Assembly (NCBI GenBank): GCA_965199825.1
Contig: OZ241329.1
Coordinates: forward strand, 800,001-864,000
Direction of reading: 5' to 3'
From: Bdellovibrionales bacterium
GTDB taxonomy: Bacteria; Bdellovibrionota; Bdellovibrionia; Bdellovibrionales; UBA1609
Length of the DNA stretch: 64,000 nt
The notes beneath the pieces are model-generated. The model had not been told where the DNA came from. It saw only the letters and a program-made list of their open reading frames with translations, and searched no databases. A program made the position numbers and the translations under genes. Positions 10,182 through 22,246 of this stretch are shown piece by piece (position 1 is the stretch's first letter; the number at the start of each line of letters is the position of its first letter).

Positions 10182-11402
10182 CTAACGGTAGCTGCGCCAA
10201 AGGAGAAAAGATTTTTGTCTTGATTTTACAACGATCGAAGCAGGAGCTTTGGATTCACTGGTGGGTTGGTTTTCTTCAGAGAGCCCTTGCACAGATACGG
10301 TATGCACGCCCGCGGGCACGAGAATGCGAGCGATCTGAAAGCTTTCGGGCAAAGTGGACCACTGCCTTAAATCGGCCTGATCAGCTAGGTTGAGCCCCAT
10401 CAGTGTAAGTTGACCTAATAGAGGATTTTTTTGTGCAATCTGATCGGCAATCACCACTTTTGTGGCAAGGCCCGCCACTCGCTTCGCAATCAAACCGGCG
10501 TATTGATCATTCAAGGTTTTGATCGAAACATCCTCAACCGAAAAGACATTTTGGGACAAACTTGAGCCTGCCCCTTCGACAATCAGTCGAGCGCCCGTCG
10601 TTTGTGAGCGCACCGGATACAATCTCGGGATTTGGGCAAACTGCGGACTTGGATTTTTGCGCGGGCCCCAGCCTTGCTCATAAATCAAAACGATTTCGCC
10701 ATAATTTTTGTCGCGCCAATGAGGATTTATTTTTTCGCGCGGAAATTGGGCGCGCCATTTTTGAAGTTCTTCGGGCCTTTGGGCAGCCTCAGCTGCGCGA
10801 ATTAAATCGTTATGCAAAAAAGGCATGTTCGGCTGAACTTTAAAAGCATTTACATAATCGATGTAGGCATTGTCGTAATTAAAATCATTTTCCCAAATCA
10901 GAGCCGACAGATAAAATGCAAATGAATTTTGCTCGTAAGGACGCTTGGCTTCGTATCTATATTTATAAAGCTTTTCGTTGAGTCGGCGGGTTTCGACAAG
11001 GGCATTTTCGGAATCGTGGAGCATTAAAAAATTGACCGCAAGCATGGCGTTGATCATCACTTTTTCGTAATCATCCCCTTTGTATTGAATCATACCTTCG
11101 TTCAACACAAGAGATCCGAATTGTCGTGAGATCGAATGGTAATCGACAATGTCTGCGATTTTTTCGGCTTTTAAAAATGCGGCATTACTTTCTTTGTATT
11201 GACCTGCATTCTGCAAAACGGTGCCGTAATCAAAAAGGTAAACCAACTGGTCGTCATTTTCGGCTTCGGCCAAGAGCTTTAAAATATTTGCGGCTTTTTG
11301 CAGTTCGCCGGTGCGAAGAAAAGTGCGCGAGGCCTCAACCTTTGTTTGGTATGAGGCGCAAGCGACTAGGAGAAAGGGCAATAAACAAAATCTATATGCC
11401 AA
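10182..11402 (-). CDS. COG3014-type TPR-like lipoprotein (LpoB-associated)
   Basis: YKGDDYEKVM, ALVETRR and ADLRQWSTLP motifs; lipobox LVAC; directly downstream of lpoB. Start set to TTG 11402; the ORF track extends to 11453. Confidence 0.8.
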   Translation of the reverse strand: MAYRFCLLPFLLVACASYQTKVEASRTFLRTGELQKAANILKLLAEAENDDQLVYLFDYGTVLQNAGQYKESNAAFLKAEKIADIVDYHSISRQFGSLVLNEGMIQYKGDDYEKVMINAMLAVNFLMLHDSENALVETRRLNEKLYKYRYEAKRPYEQNSFAFYLSALIWENDFNYDNAYIDYVNAFKVQPNMPFLHNDLIRAAEAAQRPEELQKWRAQFPREKINPHWRDKNYGEIVLIYEQGWGPRKNPSPQFAQIPRLYPVRSQTTGARLIVEGAGSSLSQNVFSVEDVSIKTLNDQYAGLIAKRVAGLATKVVIADQIAQKNPLLGQLTLMGLNLADQADLRQWSTLPESFQIARILVPAGVHTVSVQGLSEENQPTSESKAPASIVVKSRQKSFLLWRSYR

Positions 11403-11976
11403 GGTGTTTCTTTTTAAAGATTTTGCGAATCTGTTTATAATCGGTCCAAACAATCAAACCTGTTTGCAAGTTGGTAAGATTCAAACTCACTTTGTAATAA
11501 ACAGTTTTATCGCGACCAGCCTCTTGAACAATCGAATCGAGTCGGCCATTTAATATAAAATCGGCTGCGGTTTGTTGACCTTTGTTTTTACGAGTCTCGC
11601 GTGAAGCATTTTCGGATTGGTAGTCGATCTCGTTTGCCATATCTTCGCGAGCCGATTTATCCACAAAAGATAATTTTCCAGAACGCATCAGCTCGGCGGT
11701 AATCATGTCGGTGATGCTTTGAGTATCAATAATCTCACTGGTTTTGTTTTGTAACTTTGTGACCATCACAACCGGAACTCGTTTTGCCGACATCACCGCA
11801 TTCGAATTTTCAGCACTTGAGACCAACGCCTTAACAGCGTTTTGCATATCACTCTCAGACCACTGGTCAGTGAGCAAATTTGTTTTTTCAACATTGGTAT
11901 CATAATCGCCTTTTACAAAAGCGCTCGGTCCACAGGCGGTTAAAAACATCAAACATAAAACCAAAATCTTTTTCAT
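11392..11976 (-). CDS. lpoB: Penicillin-binding protein activator LpoB family lipoprotein
   Basis: MKKILVLCLMFLTAC lipobox; LQNKTSEIIDT, ADFILNG and YYKVSLNLTNLQTGLIVW motifs; RBS GAGGAG before ATG 11976. Confidence 0.85.
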   Translation of the reverse strand: MKKILVLCLMFLTACGPSAFVKGDYDTNVEKTNLLTDQWSESDMQNAVKALVSSAENSNAVMSAKRVPVVMVTKLQNKTSEIIDTQSITDMITAELMRSGKLSFVDKSAREDMANEIDYQSENASRETRKNKGQQTAADFILNGRLDSIVQEAGRDKTVYYKVSLNLTNLQTGLIVWTDYKQIRKIFKKKHLGI

Positions 11977-12107
11977 ATAAGGTCTCCTCGTGGGCACATG
12001 ATACGAGAAGCCAATGACCGAAGGCAATGCGATTTCGGACTCATCTCAGTGGCATTGTGAATTACATTCGTTCACATCGCGGTTGGCATTTTGCTTCAAG
12101 CCGACAT

Positions 12108-12494
12108 ATGGCAAAGCAATCTGTTTTGATAACGACGAGCCAAGATGCAGCGCTTCATCTTCGCAAACTCATCAGTTATGAGGTCGAGGAATTATGGATT
12201 CTCGCACTCGCCTCAAACTGCACCCTTTTGCGAAAGCAGTGTTTGTTTCGTGGAACTGTAGATGAATGTTTAGTGCATCCCAGAGAGATTTTTAGATTTG
12301 CGGTATTAGCGCGAGCCTCATCTCTGGTTCTTGCCCACTCACATCCCAGCGGCGAGTGTTTTCCATCAGAGGCCGATGTTTCATTTACCCAGCGCATATT
12401 AAAAGCGAGCGAGCTTTTTCAAATCCCAGTTGTTGATCATTTAATTTTAACCCGAACCGCCCACTTTAGCTTTAGTGATCGGCTTTGGCTTTAG
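12108..12494 (+). CDS. radC: RadC-like JAB domain protein
   Basis: EELW, GTVDECLVHPREIF, LAHSHPSG..PSEAD and VDHLI JAB/MPN motifs. JAB domain only; start probably 12108 (ORF track starts at 12027). Confidence 0.88.
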   Translation: MAKQSVLITTSQDAALHLRKLISYEVEELWILALASNCTLLRKQCLFRGTVDECLVHPREIFRFAVLARASSLVLAHSHPSGECFPSEADVSFTQRILKASELFQIPVVDHLILTRTAHFSFSDRLWL

Positions 12495-13018
12495 CGAGGG
12501 GACTTTCTAATTTTTTGAACTTTGATCACTTCGGACTGATCATTGAGGACCACGTGGTAACCACCTTCACGGGCATTTTCGACAAACTCTTTTAGATAAG
12601 CTTTGTTTAAATTTTTATTGTATTCGCTCATAAATTTTTTGAGCTCGATTTCTTGTTCGATTCGATCTTCGGCGGTAGGCGAGCTGGGGCGTCGGTCCAG
12701 CTGGACATCTTTGACCGCCTTCATTCCGAGATCTTCGGTTGCTAGAGTAATCCCCGACATCCGATCTGATTCGGATGACATTGTCGAATTCTCGCCCAAT
12801 TTAGGAGCGGTCATCTGATTTTCGAGTTGAGCTTTCATTTGTTGAAATTCAATTTTTTTGGCAACATCTTGAAGTGAACGATTCAAACTTTCATTATTTT
12901 GTTTGGCCTGTTTTTGTTTTACGACTTGATGATCTTTATCCAAAAAAATACTCAAGAGCATTAAACCCAGAAGTGTGCAGATTCCGATTGTTAAATATTT
13001 CTCGTTTTGAGACGGCAT
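12491..13018 (-). CDS. Hypothetical membrane-anchored protein
   Basis: 175 aa; N-terminal TM helix followed by a coiled coil; RBS GGAG. Confidence 0.7.
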   Translation of the reverse strand: MPSQNEKYLTIGICTLLGLMLLSIFLDKDHQVVKQKQAKQNNESLNRSLQDVAKKIEFQQMKAQLENQMTAPKLGENSTMSSESDRMSGITLATEDLGMKAVKDVQLDRRPSSPTAEDRIEQEIELKKFMSEYNKNLNKAYLKEFVENAREGGYHVVLNDQSEVIKVQKIRKSPR

Positions 13019-13111
13019 GGTGTGCTCCTTCTGTCATACTAAAGAGCAAACTCAGAGCCGGCCCAGCTCTTTTGAGTTGAAGAGCTGTGATCAAAATTCA
13101 AACAGTGCAAA

Positions 13112-13624
13112 TTATTTGGTGAGTTTGGAGAGCGCAAGACCGTGCAGGATTGAGGCATAGCCAGAGCTTGCAAGAAAGAAATTCTTCTGCATTTTGGGAG
13201 CAAGTTTCGAATACTCCGACATCGGAAATTTTATGATTACCAGATTTTTTCGAGAGAGTCGCTTGAGTTGCTGAAGCTGTCGAAATGCGTTTGCATCCAA
13301 AACGGTTTTTAAAGATAAAACCAAAACGTATTCACCCTGCGATTCGTAGCAATCGAGGTAAAAATAATCATACTCACCCTGTTTAAATTCGACCAATTCA
13401 TAATCCGGACCAAATTTAGAAAGTGCCATTGAATGAATGAGGCTTATCGGAGCTTGATCACTCACTGCGATAATTAAATCTTTGTCGGATTCGATTCGGA
13501 CATGTTGCTGTTCGATGTATTCGTAAATCAAATAATCGGTGGGAATGGCTTGAAGCAAATCGGCACAACCAAAATTTGATGCCACCGCACTTTGCAGCAA
13601 CATGATCAAACTAAATAGAATCAA
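13112..13624 (-). CDS. Hypothetical secreted protein
   Basis: 170-aa ORF with a signal-peptide-like start; fills the gap after the kinase gene. Confidence 0.55.
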   Translation of the reverse strand: MILFSLIMLLQSAVASNFGCADLLQAIPTDYLIYEYIEQQHVRIESDKDLIIAVSDQAPISLIHSMALSKFGPDYELVEFKQGEYDYFYLDCYESQGEYVLVLSLKTVLDANAFRQLQQLKRLSRKNLVIIKFPMSEYSKLAPKMQKNFFLASSGYASILHGLALSKLTK

Positions 13625-13646
13625 TTTTCCCCCGGTGGCGTTCTAT

Positions 13647-15581
13647 TTATTCAACATCAAGAACGATTGGTAATTCAATCTGAAATTCGGTTCCACGCCG
13701 GGGTTCAGAACTGACACGAATCTCACCGCCATGCTTTTGAACGATACCATATGAAATACTCAAACCTAGACCTGTTCCTTGTCCAACAGACTTTGTGGTA
13801 AAAAATGGATCAAAGATCTTTTCTTGGGTCGCCTTCGACATGCCCTCACCGGTGTCACGAATCGTAATTAAAATTCTGGTTTTTTTAAGGGACTTTGTTG
13901 AAATAAAAATTTTGCCTTCGCCCTTTATGGCTTGAGCTGCATTCGAGAGAATGTTCATAAACACCTGATTAAGCTGACTGGGATGACACATGATCAAAGG
14001 AATTTTCCCAAAGTCTTTGACCACTTCGATCCTATTTTTAAGCTCGCCGGTCAAAAGCTGTAGTGTCGCATTGAGACCTTCGTGCACATCCACTTCTTTG
14101 ACCTGAGCCTCCTCCAGTCGCGAAAAATTGCGCAGTCCAATCACAATATCCCGGGTTCGGCGGGCGCCATCTTCGCAACTTTGGATTAATCGGGGCAGGT
14201 CCTTTTTGATATAATCAAAGTCCATCTCATCTTTGGCTTTTTCTAATTTGGTCGCCGATTTTTCGGCAATTTGGATCAGCTTGATTAATTTTTCGGTATA
14301 CTCACGGAGGTGGGCCATATTTGAATAAATAAACCCTATTGGATTATTTAATTCATGGGCAATGCCAGCAACCAATTGTCCAAGGCTTGCCATCTTGGCG
14401 GTATGAACGAGTCGTACTTGAGTGTCGCGGATTTCGACATTGGCTTTTTCGAGCTCATTGATTTTATTTTTCAATAGCTGCTGAGCCTCAAATATGCGGC
14501 CCGACATTTGGTTAAAGCTCTCGGTCAAAAGCCCAAGTTCGGTATTTTGGGTTTTGGGCAGCTGCACTTTTTCATTTTGAAAATCTGTTTTTTCGAATGC
14601 TTCAAGAACATCATAAAGCGGCTTTAGTAATATCCTCGAGATGATCACGCTGAGGGCGATCAGCAAAATCACAATCACCCCAAGCACAGTTAAAAAAGCG
14701 TAATTTACATTTTGTAAGACCGCATGGGCCGAAGTTTTTGAAGCCCCAAGGCCGAGCTCCAGTTTTGATTCACCCCACTTGAGTTGTTGCATCATGAATT
14801 GAAACGGCTCACCCTGCAGTTTGATTTCAAAAAATCCAGAATCTCTCGCAAGACTTAAAATTTGGCTCGGGTTATAACTTGAAAGAAACGGCGTAGTGGT
14901 CAAAACGTTTTCGCCATTTTGTTCAAACAAAACAATTTCGAGCTTTAAGCGATTTTTTAAATTGGTGATAAATGTTTCATCAAGTGAGATCACCTCTTCG
15001 AGGTAGCCCACCAAGCGACCGGTGCTATTTTTTAATTTCTTAAAGAACACCAAATCAATTCGTCCATTGAGCGATGTTTTTGTTTTATCAAAATGAAATT
15101 CTGCGGGCATCAGCTCTGCACGGTCTTGCGACTCTTTCAAAAACTTTTCGTTCAGATAAAAATCGGCATCTTCAAGATTTTGCTTCCGCTCGATACTGCC
15201 CTTTGCGGTGCGATAGGGAGCGACTTGGAGTCTCCCATCCCGATTGTAAATCCAAATCCGGTGGGCAAAGCTGGTGTTGAGCCATTTGACCGTAAGATCT
15301 TTTGCCACACTCAGTTGGTTGGTCGATAGGGAATACAGCAAGGACGCATCGGTGGAGTGGCGGCGGCCCTCAGTGGTCAGATTGCTTTGCATGTCTTGCA
15401 GGATCGCTTCGATTTCACGCCCATTGCCGCGCAAACGTTTGCTCAACTCTTGATCGATGGCTTGCTCGTATTTTATGATTGAGTAAATCGAGAGCACCGC
15501 AAGCGGCACAATCGAAAACAATAAAAAGCAAAGCATCAGAATCGCACGAAGTGATTTTTGCGGATTTTTTTTGAAAGGCAT
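13647..15581 (-). CDS. Membrane sensor histidine kinase (HAMP-HisKA-HATPase, NtrB-like)
   Basis: Two TM helices, HAMP, H-box AGIAHELNNP, N-box QVFMNILSNA, DTGEG, FDPFFTTK, GTGLGL. Confidence 0.95.
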   Translation of the reverse strand: MPFKKNPQKSLRAILMLCFLLFSIVPLAVLSIYSIIKYEQAIDQELSKRLRGNGREIEAILQDMQSNLTTEGRRHSTDASLLYSLSTNQLSVAKDLTVKWLNTSFAHRIWIYNRDGRLQVAPYRTAKGSIERKQNLEDADFYLNEKFLKESQDRAELMPAEFHFDKTKTSLNGRIDLVFFKKLKNSTGRLVGYLEEVISLDETFITNLKNRLKLEIVLFEQNGENVLTTTPFLSSYNPSQILSLARDSGFFEIKLQGEPFQFMMQQLKWGESKLELGLGASKTSAHAVLQNVNYAFLTVLGVIVILLIALSVIISRILLKPLYDVLEAFEKTDFQNEKVQLPKTQNTELGLLTESFNQMSGRIFEAQQLLKNKINELEKANVEIRDTQVRLVHTAKMASLGQLVAGIAHELNNPIGFIYSNMAHLREYTEKLIKLIQIAEKSATKLEKAKDEMDFDYIKKDLPRLIQSCEDGARRTRDIVIGLRNFSRLEEAQVKEVDVHEGLNATLQLLTGELKNRIEVVKDFGKIPLIMCHPSQLNQVFMNILSNAAQAIKGEGKIFISTKSLKKTRILITIRDTGEGMSKATQEKIFDPFFTTKSVGQGTGLGLSISYGIVQKHGGEIRVSSEPRRGTEFQIELPIVLDVE

Positions 15582-15589
15582 CTTTCCCG

Positions 15590-16488
15590 TTATTGCTGAA
15601 GGCTCTTATCTTCAACCCATAGGATAATCCGAATTTGGCCTTGAGGCATAACTCGAGGATGACTCTCCTTAGAGATCCGGACTGGACCAACGGCCTCGAG
15701 GCGATTTTTTAGCGCCTCAAAATTCGCTTGAGGAATTTTAAAGTGATAATACTTTCCACCCGGTTTGTGCCAACCAAGCTCCACCGTTCCGGCTTTTAAT
15801 CCACCAAGCGAGAGGATCGCCGCGCGAATCTGATCGCCCACTTGCTCGGTATCTTCAAACGCCATAAAGGCCCGAAATAAAACGCCCTTGGCTGGACCCT
15901 TTGCAGGGGGCCCTTCTTCAAGAGCTTCATCCTTGGCAATTTGGGCTGCCGATAATTCTTTAACATGATCAGGTGGTTTGATTACCGGAGCTTCGGTGAG
16001 AGGAATAGCAACAGGTGCTGCCGCAACTGCCACAGGGGCAACGATCTTTTCTTTTTTGGCTTCAACAAGAGTGATGTCATTGGGATGTTGAGGAATCAGC
16101 TTTGCGAATTTGGACCACGGAAGAGTGATCGCAATGCCGGCCACCAAGATCGAAATTCCCAAGGCCTCAAGACCCCAGCGCAAAAAGTCGGGCCAGTTTT
16201 TTGGATTTAACGACTGCACCGCACGCTCGCCCTTGGATCGCATATTTAAAATGCTATCGATCAGAGCTGTATCCATTTTTAGATTTTTAAGTTCATCGCA
16301 AATTTGTATGCCGCGCTCAAGATTTTCGAGCTCAGATTTTGTTTCGTCACAATCAGGAATAAATTCGATCAAGGCTTGCTTACGTTCCTCATCTAAATGG
16401 CCCACCACGTACTCATACAAAAGTTCTTGGGCCATAAAGCGCGAAAGAAGACGCGACTTCTTTTTTTTAAGAGGTGTCACTTCTAAAT

Positions 16489-16492
<4 letters not shown>
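15590..16492 (-). CDS. Hypothetical membrane protein, anti-sigma-factor-like topology
   Basis: N-terminal LLYEYVVGHL...CDETKSEL resembles a degenerate zinc anti-sigma domain, followed by one TM helix and a periplasmic domain; overlaps the upstream sigma-like gene. Confidence 0.55.
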
Positions 16493-17996
<1,504 letters not shown>

Positions 17997-18054
17997 CTAT
18001 AAAAGTCTCTTTAGGACTTTAGAGCAATCTTAAAATTGGAGTCAATACGCCAGT

Positions 18055-19707
18055 TTAGCTCATGAAATGACTGTCAGCGTTATCGACCCACCCCATCTCA
18101 TGATGAAGATGAGTTTTGAGCTTGGTTTTTTCAACCGAAAAATCGGTCTGACCCAATTTTTCTGTAAAGACTTTTGCTAAAGCTTCAAACATAAAAAAGC
18201 CATGATTTTTTTTGGCTAAAAATAATGGAGTTCGTCTTAGGTAAAAATCGGTGAGGTTCAAACACTGAGTGTGATCAATCGCAAAGTCGGCTTCGGCCAT
18301 CCAATATGCCGCTTCTAAATCGCTGGTTGAAACTTTCCAACGTGTCATCCGAGTTAAAATTTCGAGCGCTTCATAACCATGACGACTGATGGCTCGTTTG
18401 ACCAAATCTTGAGGAATATGAGTTTCTTGCGACCACGCTTCGATATTCGAATTCGCCTTGGCCATGCGCTCTGGCGATGCCAAAGGATTTAAGGGCTCGG
18501 TGGTTTTTGTGCGACCAAACTGAATTTTTTTATCCACCGGAAAAAACCGCAAAACTTTTTTTACCGTCTGCTCGGCCATATGACGATAAGTTGTATACTT
18601 ACCCCCCGACACAACGGTTAACCCCTCATCGGTTGTGAAAATCACATGTTCACGGCTGACTTTGCTTTCGGATTCAGATCCATCCGCAATCAAAGGCCTG
18701 ACACCCGAATAGCTCGCAATCACATCTGCAACCGTTAACTTGGCGAGCGGAAAATAATCATTGGCGATCTTTAATAAATAATCCACATCACGAGTTTCGG
18801 TTTTGACCGTACTGGGATCACCCTTAAAATCGGTGTCGGTTGTGCCAACGATCACCATCTCTTCTCGAGGAATCGCAAAAATCACCCGATCTTCTTTTTC
18901 GAGCGCCATAACCACCGCATCTTCGAGTGGAAATCGCTCGCGCGAAAAAGTCAGATGAATTCCCTTTGTGGGCCGCATCCGATTTTTCCACTGATGATCA
19001 ATTTTTTGATTGAGCAAATCGGTCCATGGCCCCACAGCCGACACAAAATGGCGCCCACGAATTACAAACTCTTGTTTTGAAATTTCATCGCGTGCATTGA
19101 TCGATGTGATTTTACCATTTTCAAAATTAGCACCAAGAGCGCTCACGTAATTTGCACACTGAGCACCATAACTAAAAGCCGAGCGCATTGTCTCATGGAC
19201 TAAGCGATCGTCATCCATATAGGCATCGTAATAGGAATAGGCGCACAATAAATCAGATTGGTTTAACCAGGGAACCACCTCTTTGACCTCGTCCACATTG
19301 AGCTTTTGATGCAGTTCTGGAGCATCAAACAGTGCAAGGGCATCATAAAGCCACATGCCAAGACTCATAATAAATGGGCGCACTCGGCCCGAGCGATAAA
19401 GGGGTAAAACAAATTTAAGCGGATGGACAAGATGGGGCGCGATATCAAACAGCAACCTTCGTTCACGCAAAGCCTCAAACACCAATCCAAATTCAAAATT
19501 TTCGAGATAGCGAATGCCACCATGAATCAGCTTACTTGATCTTGAGCTTGTACCAGCCGAAAAATCTTGCTGGTCGATAAGCGCCACAGACATTCCGCGG
19601 CTTGCGGCATCGCGAGCGACACCAGCGCCGGTTATTCCACCGCCGACCACAACGAGATCAAATGTCTTTTGTTTAAAATTCTCAATGGCTTTTGATCTCG
19701 AAAACAT
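18055..19707 (-). CDS. glpD: FAD-dependent glycerol-3-phosphate dehydrogenase/oxidase
   Basis: VVGGGITGAGVARDAASRG, GTSSRSSKLIHGGIRYLE, GVRPL, GGKYTTYR. Confidence 0.93.
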   Translation of the reverse strand: MFSRSKAIENFKQKTFDLVVVGGGITGAGVARDAASRGMSVALIDQQDFSAGTSSRSSKLIHGGIRYLENFEFGLVFEALRERRLLFDIAPHLVHPLKFVLPLYRSGRVRPFIMSLGMWLYDALALFDAPELHQKLNVDEVKEVVPWLNQSDLLCAYSYYDAYMDDDRLVHETMRSAFSYGAQCANYVSALGANFENGKITSINARDEISKQEFVIRGRHFVSAVGPWTDLLNQKIDHQWKNRMRPTKGIHLTFSRERFPLEDAVVMALEKEDRVIFAIPREEMVIVGTTDTDFKGDPSTVKTETRDVDYLLKIANDYFPLAKLTVADVIASYSGVRPLIADGSESESKVSREHVIFTTDEGLTVVSGGKYTTYRHMAEQTVKKVLRFFPVDKKIQFGRTKTTEPLNPLASPERMAKANSNIEAWSQETHIPQDLVKRAISRHGYEALEILTRMTRWKVSTSDLEAAYWMAEADFAIDHTQCLNLTDFYLRRTPLFLAKKNHGFFMFEALAKVFTEKLGQTDFSVEKTKLKTHLHHEMGWVDNADSHFMS

Positions 19708-19713
19708 ATGACC

Positions 19714-20166
19714 TCAAATCATTTTTGAGGTGCGCACCGCAAAGACTTTTTCTTTTGAGAGCTCACCTTTTAATAGACTGTCATAAGATTCAGACTCAGA
19801 AAAGAGGCAGCGTTGAAAATGTTTTTCTCGCGACAGACGAATCGCCGTATTGGCAAGCTGGAGCGCAATTTCGGGGTTTAAAAAATTCATCGTCTCCACC
19901 CACAAGGTCTGGGTCAGCCCTTGGTAAAACAATAAGGGCTGGGCTAAAAAATAACCCAAAAGTTGATCTTGATCAAAAAGACCAAAGCTCCAACCCAATG
20001 GGAGATAGTGGCTCAATGATTCATCTCTTGATCTTGAATGCCACTGGGCAAATTGCAGCTCCATCGGATCATTCTGCGATTGAGAAAGTACATTTTGATC
20101 AAAGCTTTTAAGTTGTTCGCGATGCTGTTCGGTTAAAATAATAAATTCCATGTCTTTGGCTAGCAC
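19714..20166 (-). CDS. Hypothetical protein (possible GNAT-like fold)
   Basis: 150-aa ORF co-oriented with glpD; the WSFGLFDQDQLLGYFLAQ strand pattern resembles acyltransferase folds. Confidence 0.55.
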   Translation of the reverse strand: MLAKDMEFIILTEQHREQLKSFDQNVLSQSQNDPMELQFAQWHSRSRDESLSHYLPLGWSFGLFDQDQLLGYFLAQPLLFYQGLTQTLWVETMNFLNPEIALQLANTAIRLSREKHFQRCLFSESESYDSLLKGELSKEKVFAVRTSKMI

Positions 20167-20207
20167 GTCACTAGACGAACGAAAAGGTCTCTGTTGTAAT
20201 CCTTAAG

Positions 20208-20942
20208 ATGACACCACAAAAATTATCCCAAATTTTAAAAGCGGTCGATGACGTCCTTAACTCTACTCCCCCGCCACACTACGCCGCATTTGATGCCGAT
20301 GGCACTTTGTGGAACACCGATTTAGGCGAGGCGCTTTTTAAATATCAAATCAAGCATCACCTTGTGCCGCTTCCGCCCAAAGCTTTCGAATATTATTTTG
20401 AAACAAAAGAAAATGTGTCCCACGAAAAAGCCTACCTCTGGCTTGCCCAAATCAACAAAGGGGTGTCACTGGAACAAGTGCGGGCTTGGGCAAAAACATC
20501 GGTGAATGAACTTGATCCTGTACCCGTGTTTGAAAATCAAAAAATCTTGATTGAGCATTTGGTAAAACGAAACGTAAAGGTTTTTATCGTAACTGCTTCA
20601 ATCAAGTGGGCGGTTGAGCCAGGTGCCCGGTTTTTTGGTTTAAATTACGACAATGTGATCGGCATTCGCACTAAGGTGAACGATGGTATCATTACCGATG
20701 TTCAAGAGGGACCTCTCACTTATCGCAAAGGAAAGGTGGATGCTTTGTTGATCGAAACCGGAGGAAAGCCCCCATTTTTATCTTCAGGCAACACCGAAGG
20801 CGATCTTTCGTTGCTTGAATCGGCCACACATCTTCGGATCGTGATGGCAGCCTCACCAAAATCAAATGATAATTATCAAACCGAGCGGCGCTTACTCGAT
20901 ATCGCCAAAGAGCGCGGCTGGTTTTATCACGACTTTTTATAA
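20208..20942 (+). CDS. HAD-superfamily hydrolase (SerB-like, subfamily IB)
   Basis: AAFDADGTLW motif I, IVTAS motif II, GK, and GNTEGD motif IV. Confidence 0.88.
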   Translation: MTPQKLSQILKAVDDVLNSTPPPHYAAFDADGTLWNTDLGEALFKYQIKHHLVPLPPKAFEYYFETKENVSHEKAYLWLAQINKGVSLEQVRAWAKTSVNELDPVPVFENQKILIEHLVKRNVKVFIVTASIKWAVEPGARFFGLNYDNVIGIRTKVNDGIITDVQEGPLTYRKGKVDALLIETGGKPPFLSSGNTEGDLSLLESATHLRIVMAASPKSNDNYQTERRLLDIAKERGWFYHDFL

Positions 20943-22244
20943 ACTCTCGAGTGTATGAATATCTTTTGGTGCTTGTGCGGTCATCACCTCGCATCCGGTA
21001 TCGGTCACAAGCACATTGTCCTCGATACGAATGCCGATTCCGCGCAATTCTTTGGGCGCTGTTTCGTCAGACGCCGGAATATAAATTCCTGGCTCAATCG
21101 TAAAGGTCATCGAAGCTTCAAGCTTGCGGGGTTGACCATCAGTCTCGGTCAAACCTGCATCATGAACATCCATACCTAAAAAATGCCCCACCCCATGAGG
21201 ATAATATTTTTTAAAAGACTGATCAGCAATGCGGTCTTTACGAGTTCCACGCAGCAGCCCCTCTTCAATCATCAGATCGGTGAGATACTCAACGGTTCGA
21301 TCTTGCATGCTTCGCAAAGTGACTCCAGGCTTAACCACCGCAATCAGTTCTTTTTGCAATTTTAAGATGCGTTCGTAAAGCCGACGCTGGGGTTGATTAA
21401 ATTTTTCAGACACAGGAAAAGTTCTGGTAATATCCCCACCAAAATAATTGTACTCGGCTCCTGCATCGACCAAAAGCAAATCGCCCGCTTTCAGATTTTC
21501 ATCATTAAAAACATAATGCAGAGTTGTCGCCGCATCGCCACCCGCAACAATCGAGCCATAGCCCTCGCGTGTAGCCCCGCGCTCAAGAATTGCCTTTAAA
21601 AAAACACCTTGAAGAGTGCGTTCATTGACCCCGGGCTTAGTGGCCTTCATCACTTCGACGTGAGCCTCCGCAGTAATTTGACAAGCTCGCTTAAGCCACT
21701 CGATTTCTATTTTTGATTTCCGAACACGCATTTCACCAAGTAAAGGTGTTGCATCATGAATCGCGGGCAATCCTTTACCGCTTCGACCGCGCTTGGCTTT
21801 GATTGACTCAAGAATTTTTAGAAACTGAGAATCGAATTCGCGATTTTTAAAAAAACTATAATAAATGTCATCCACTTCGTTCAACAGCTCAGGCACCATC
21901 TTTTCGATTTGATCAAAGGTGTAACATTGATCCATCGCAAATAAATCTTTGGCCGCATCAGGACCGTAGCGAAAGCCGTCCCAGGTTTCACGTTCGAGAT
22001 CTTTTTTGCGCACAAATAAAACAGATTCGGGATTTCTGCCAGGGCGAAAAACAAAAAGACTTTCGGGCTCATCAAATGCGGTTAAATAAAATAAGTTTGT
22101 ATCTTGCCTGTACGGATGATGCACATCATGATTGCGAATCATCTCAGGGTGTGAGGCAATCACCAGTGCCTTACCGGTCATGCGATGAGCAAGTTCGAGT
22201 CGTCTATTTTTGAAGTAAGAAATTTCAACCGTGGGAATTCTCAT
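20937..22244 (-). CDS. pepP: Xaa-Pro aminopeptidase
   Basis: YRQDTNLFYLT, LLVDAGAE, DITRTFP, HGVGHFLGMDVHD, TIEPGIY, GIRIEDN. Confidence 0.95.
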   Translation of the reverse strand: MRIPTVEISYFKNRRLELAHRMTGKALVIASHPEMIRNHDVHHPYRQDTNLFYLTAFDEPESLFVFRPGRNPESVLFVRKKDLERETWDGFRYGPDAAKDLFAMDQCYTFDQIEKMVPELLNEVDDIYYSFFKNREFDSQFLKILESIKAKRGRSGKGLPAIHDATPLLGEMRVRKSKIEIEWLKRACQITAEAHVEVMKATKPGVNERTLQGVFLKAILERGATREGYGSIVAGGDAATTLHYVFNDENLKAGDLLLVDAGAEYNYFGGDITRTFPVSEKFNQPQRRLYERILKLQKELIAVVKPGVTLRSMQDRTVEYLTDLMIEEGLLRGTRKDRIADQSFKKYYPHGVGHFLGMDVHDAGLTETDGQPRKLEASMTFTIEPGIYIPASDETAPKELRGIGIRIEDNVLVTDTGCEVMTAQAPKDIHTLESL

Positions 22245-22246
22245 TT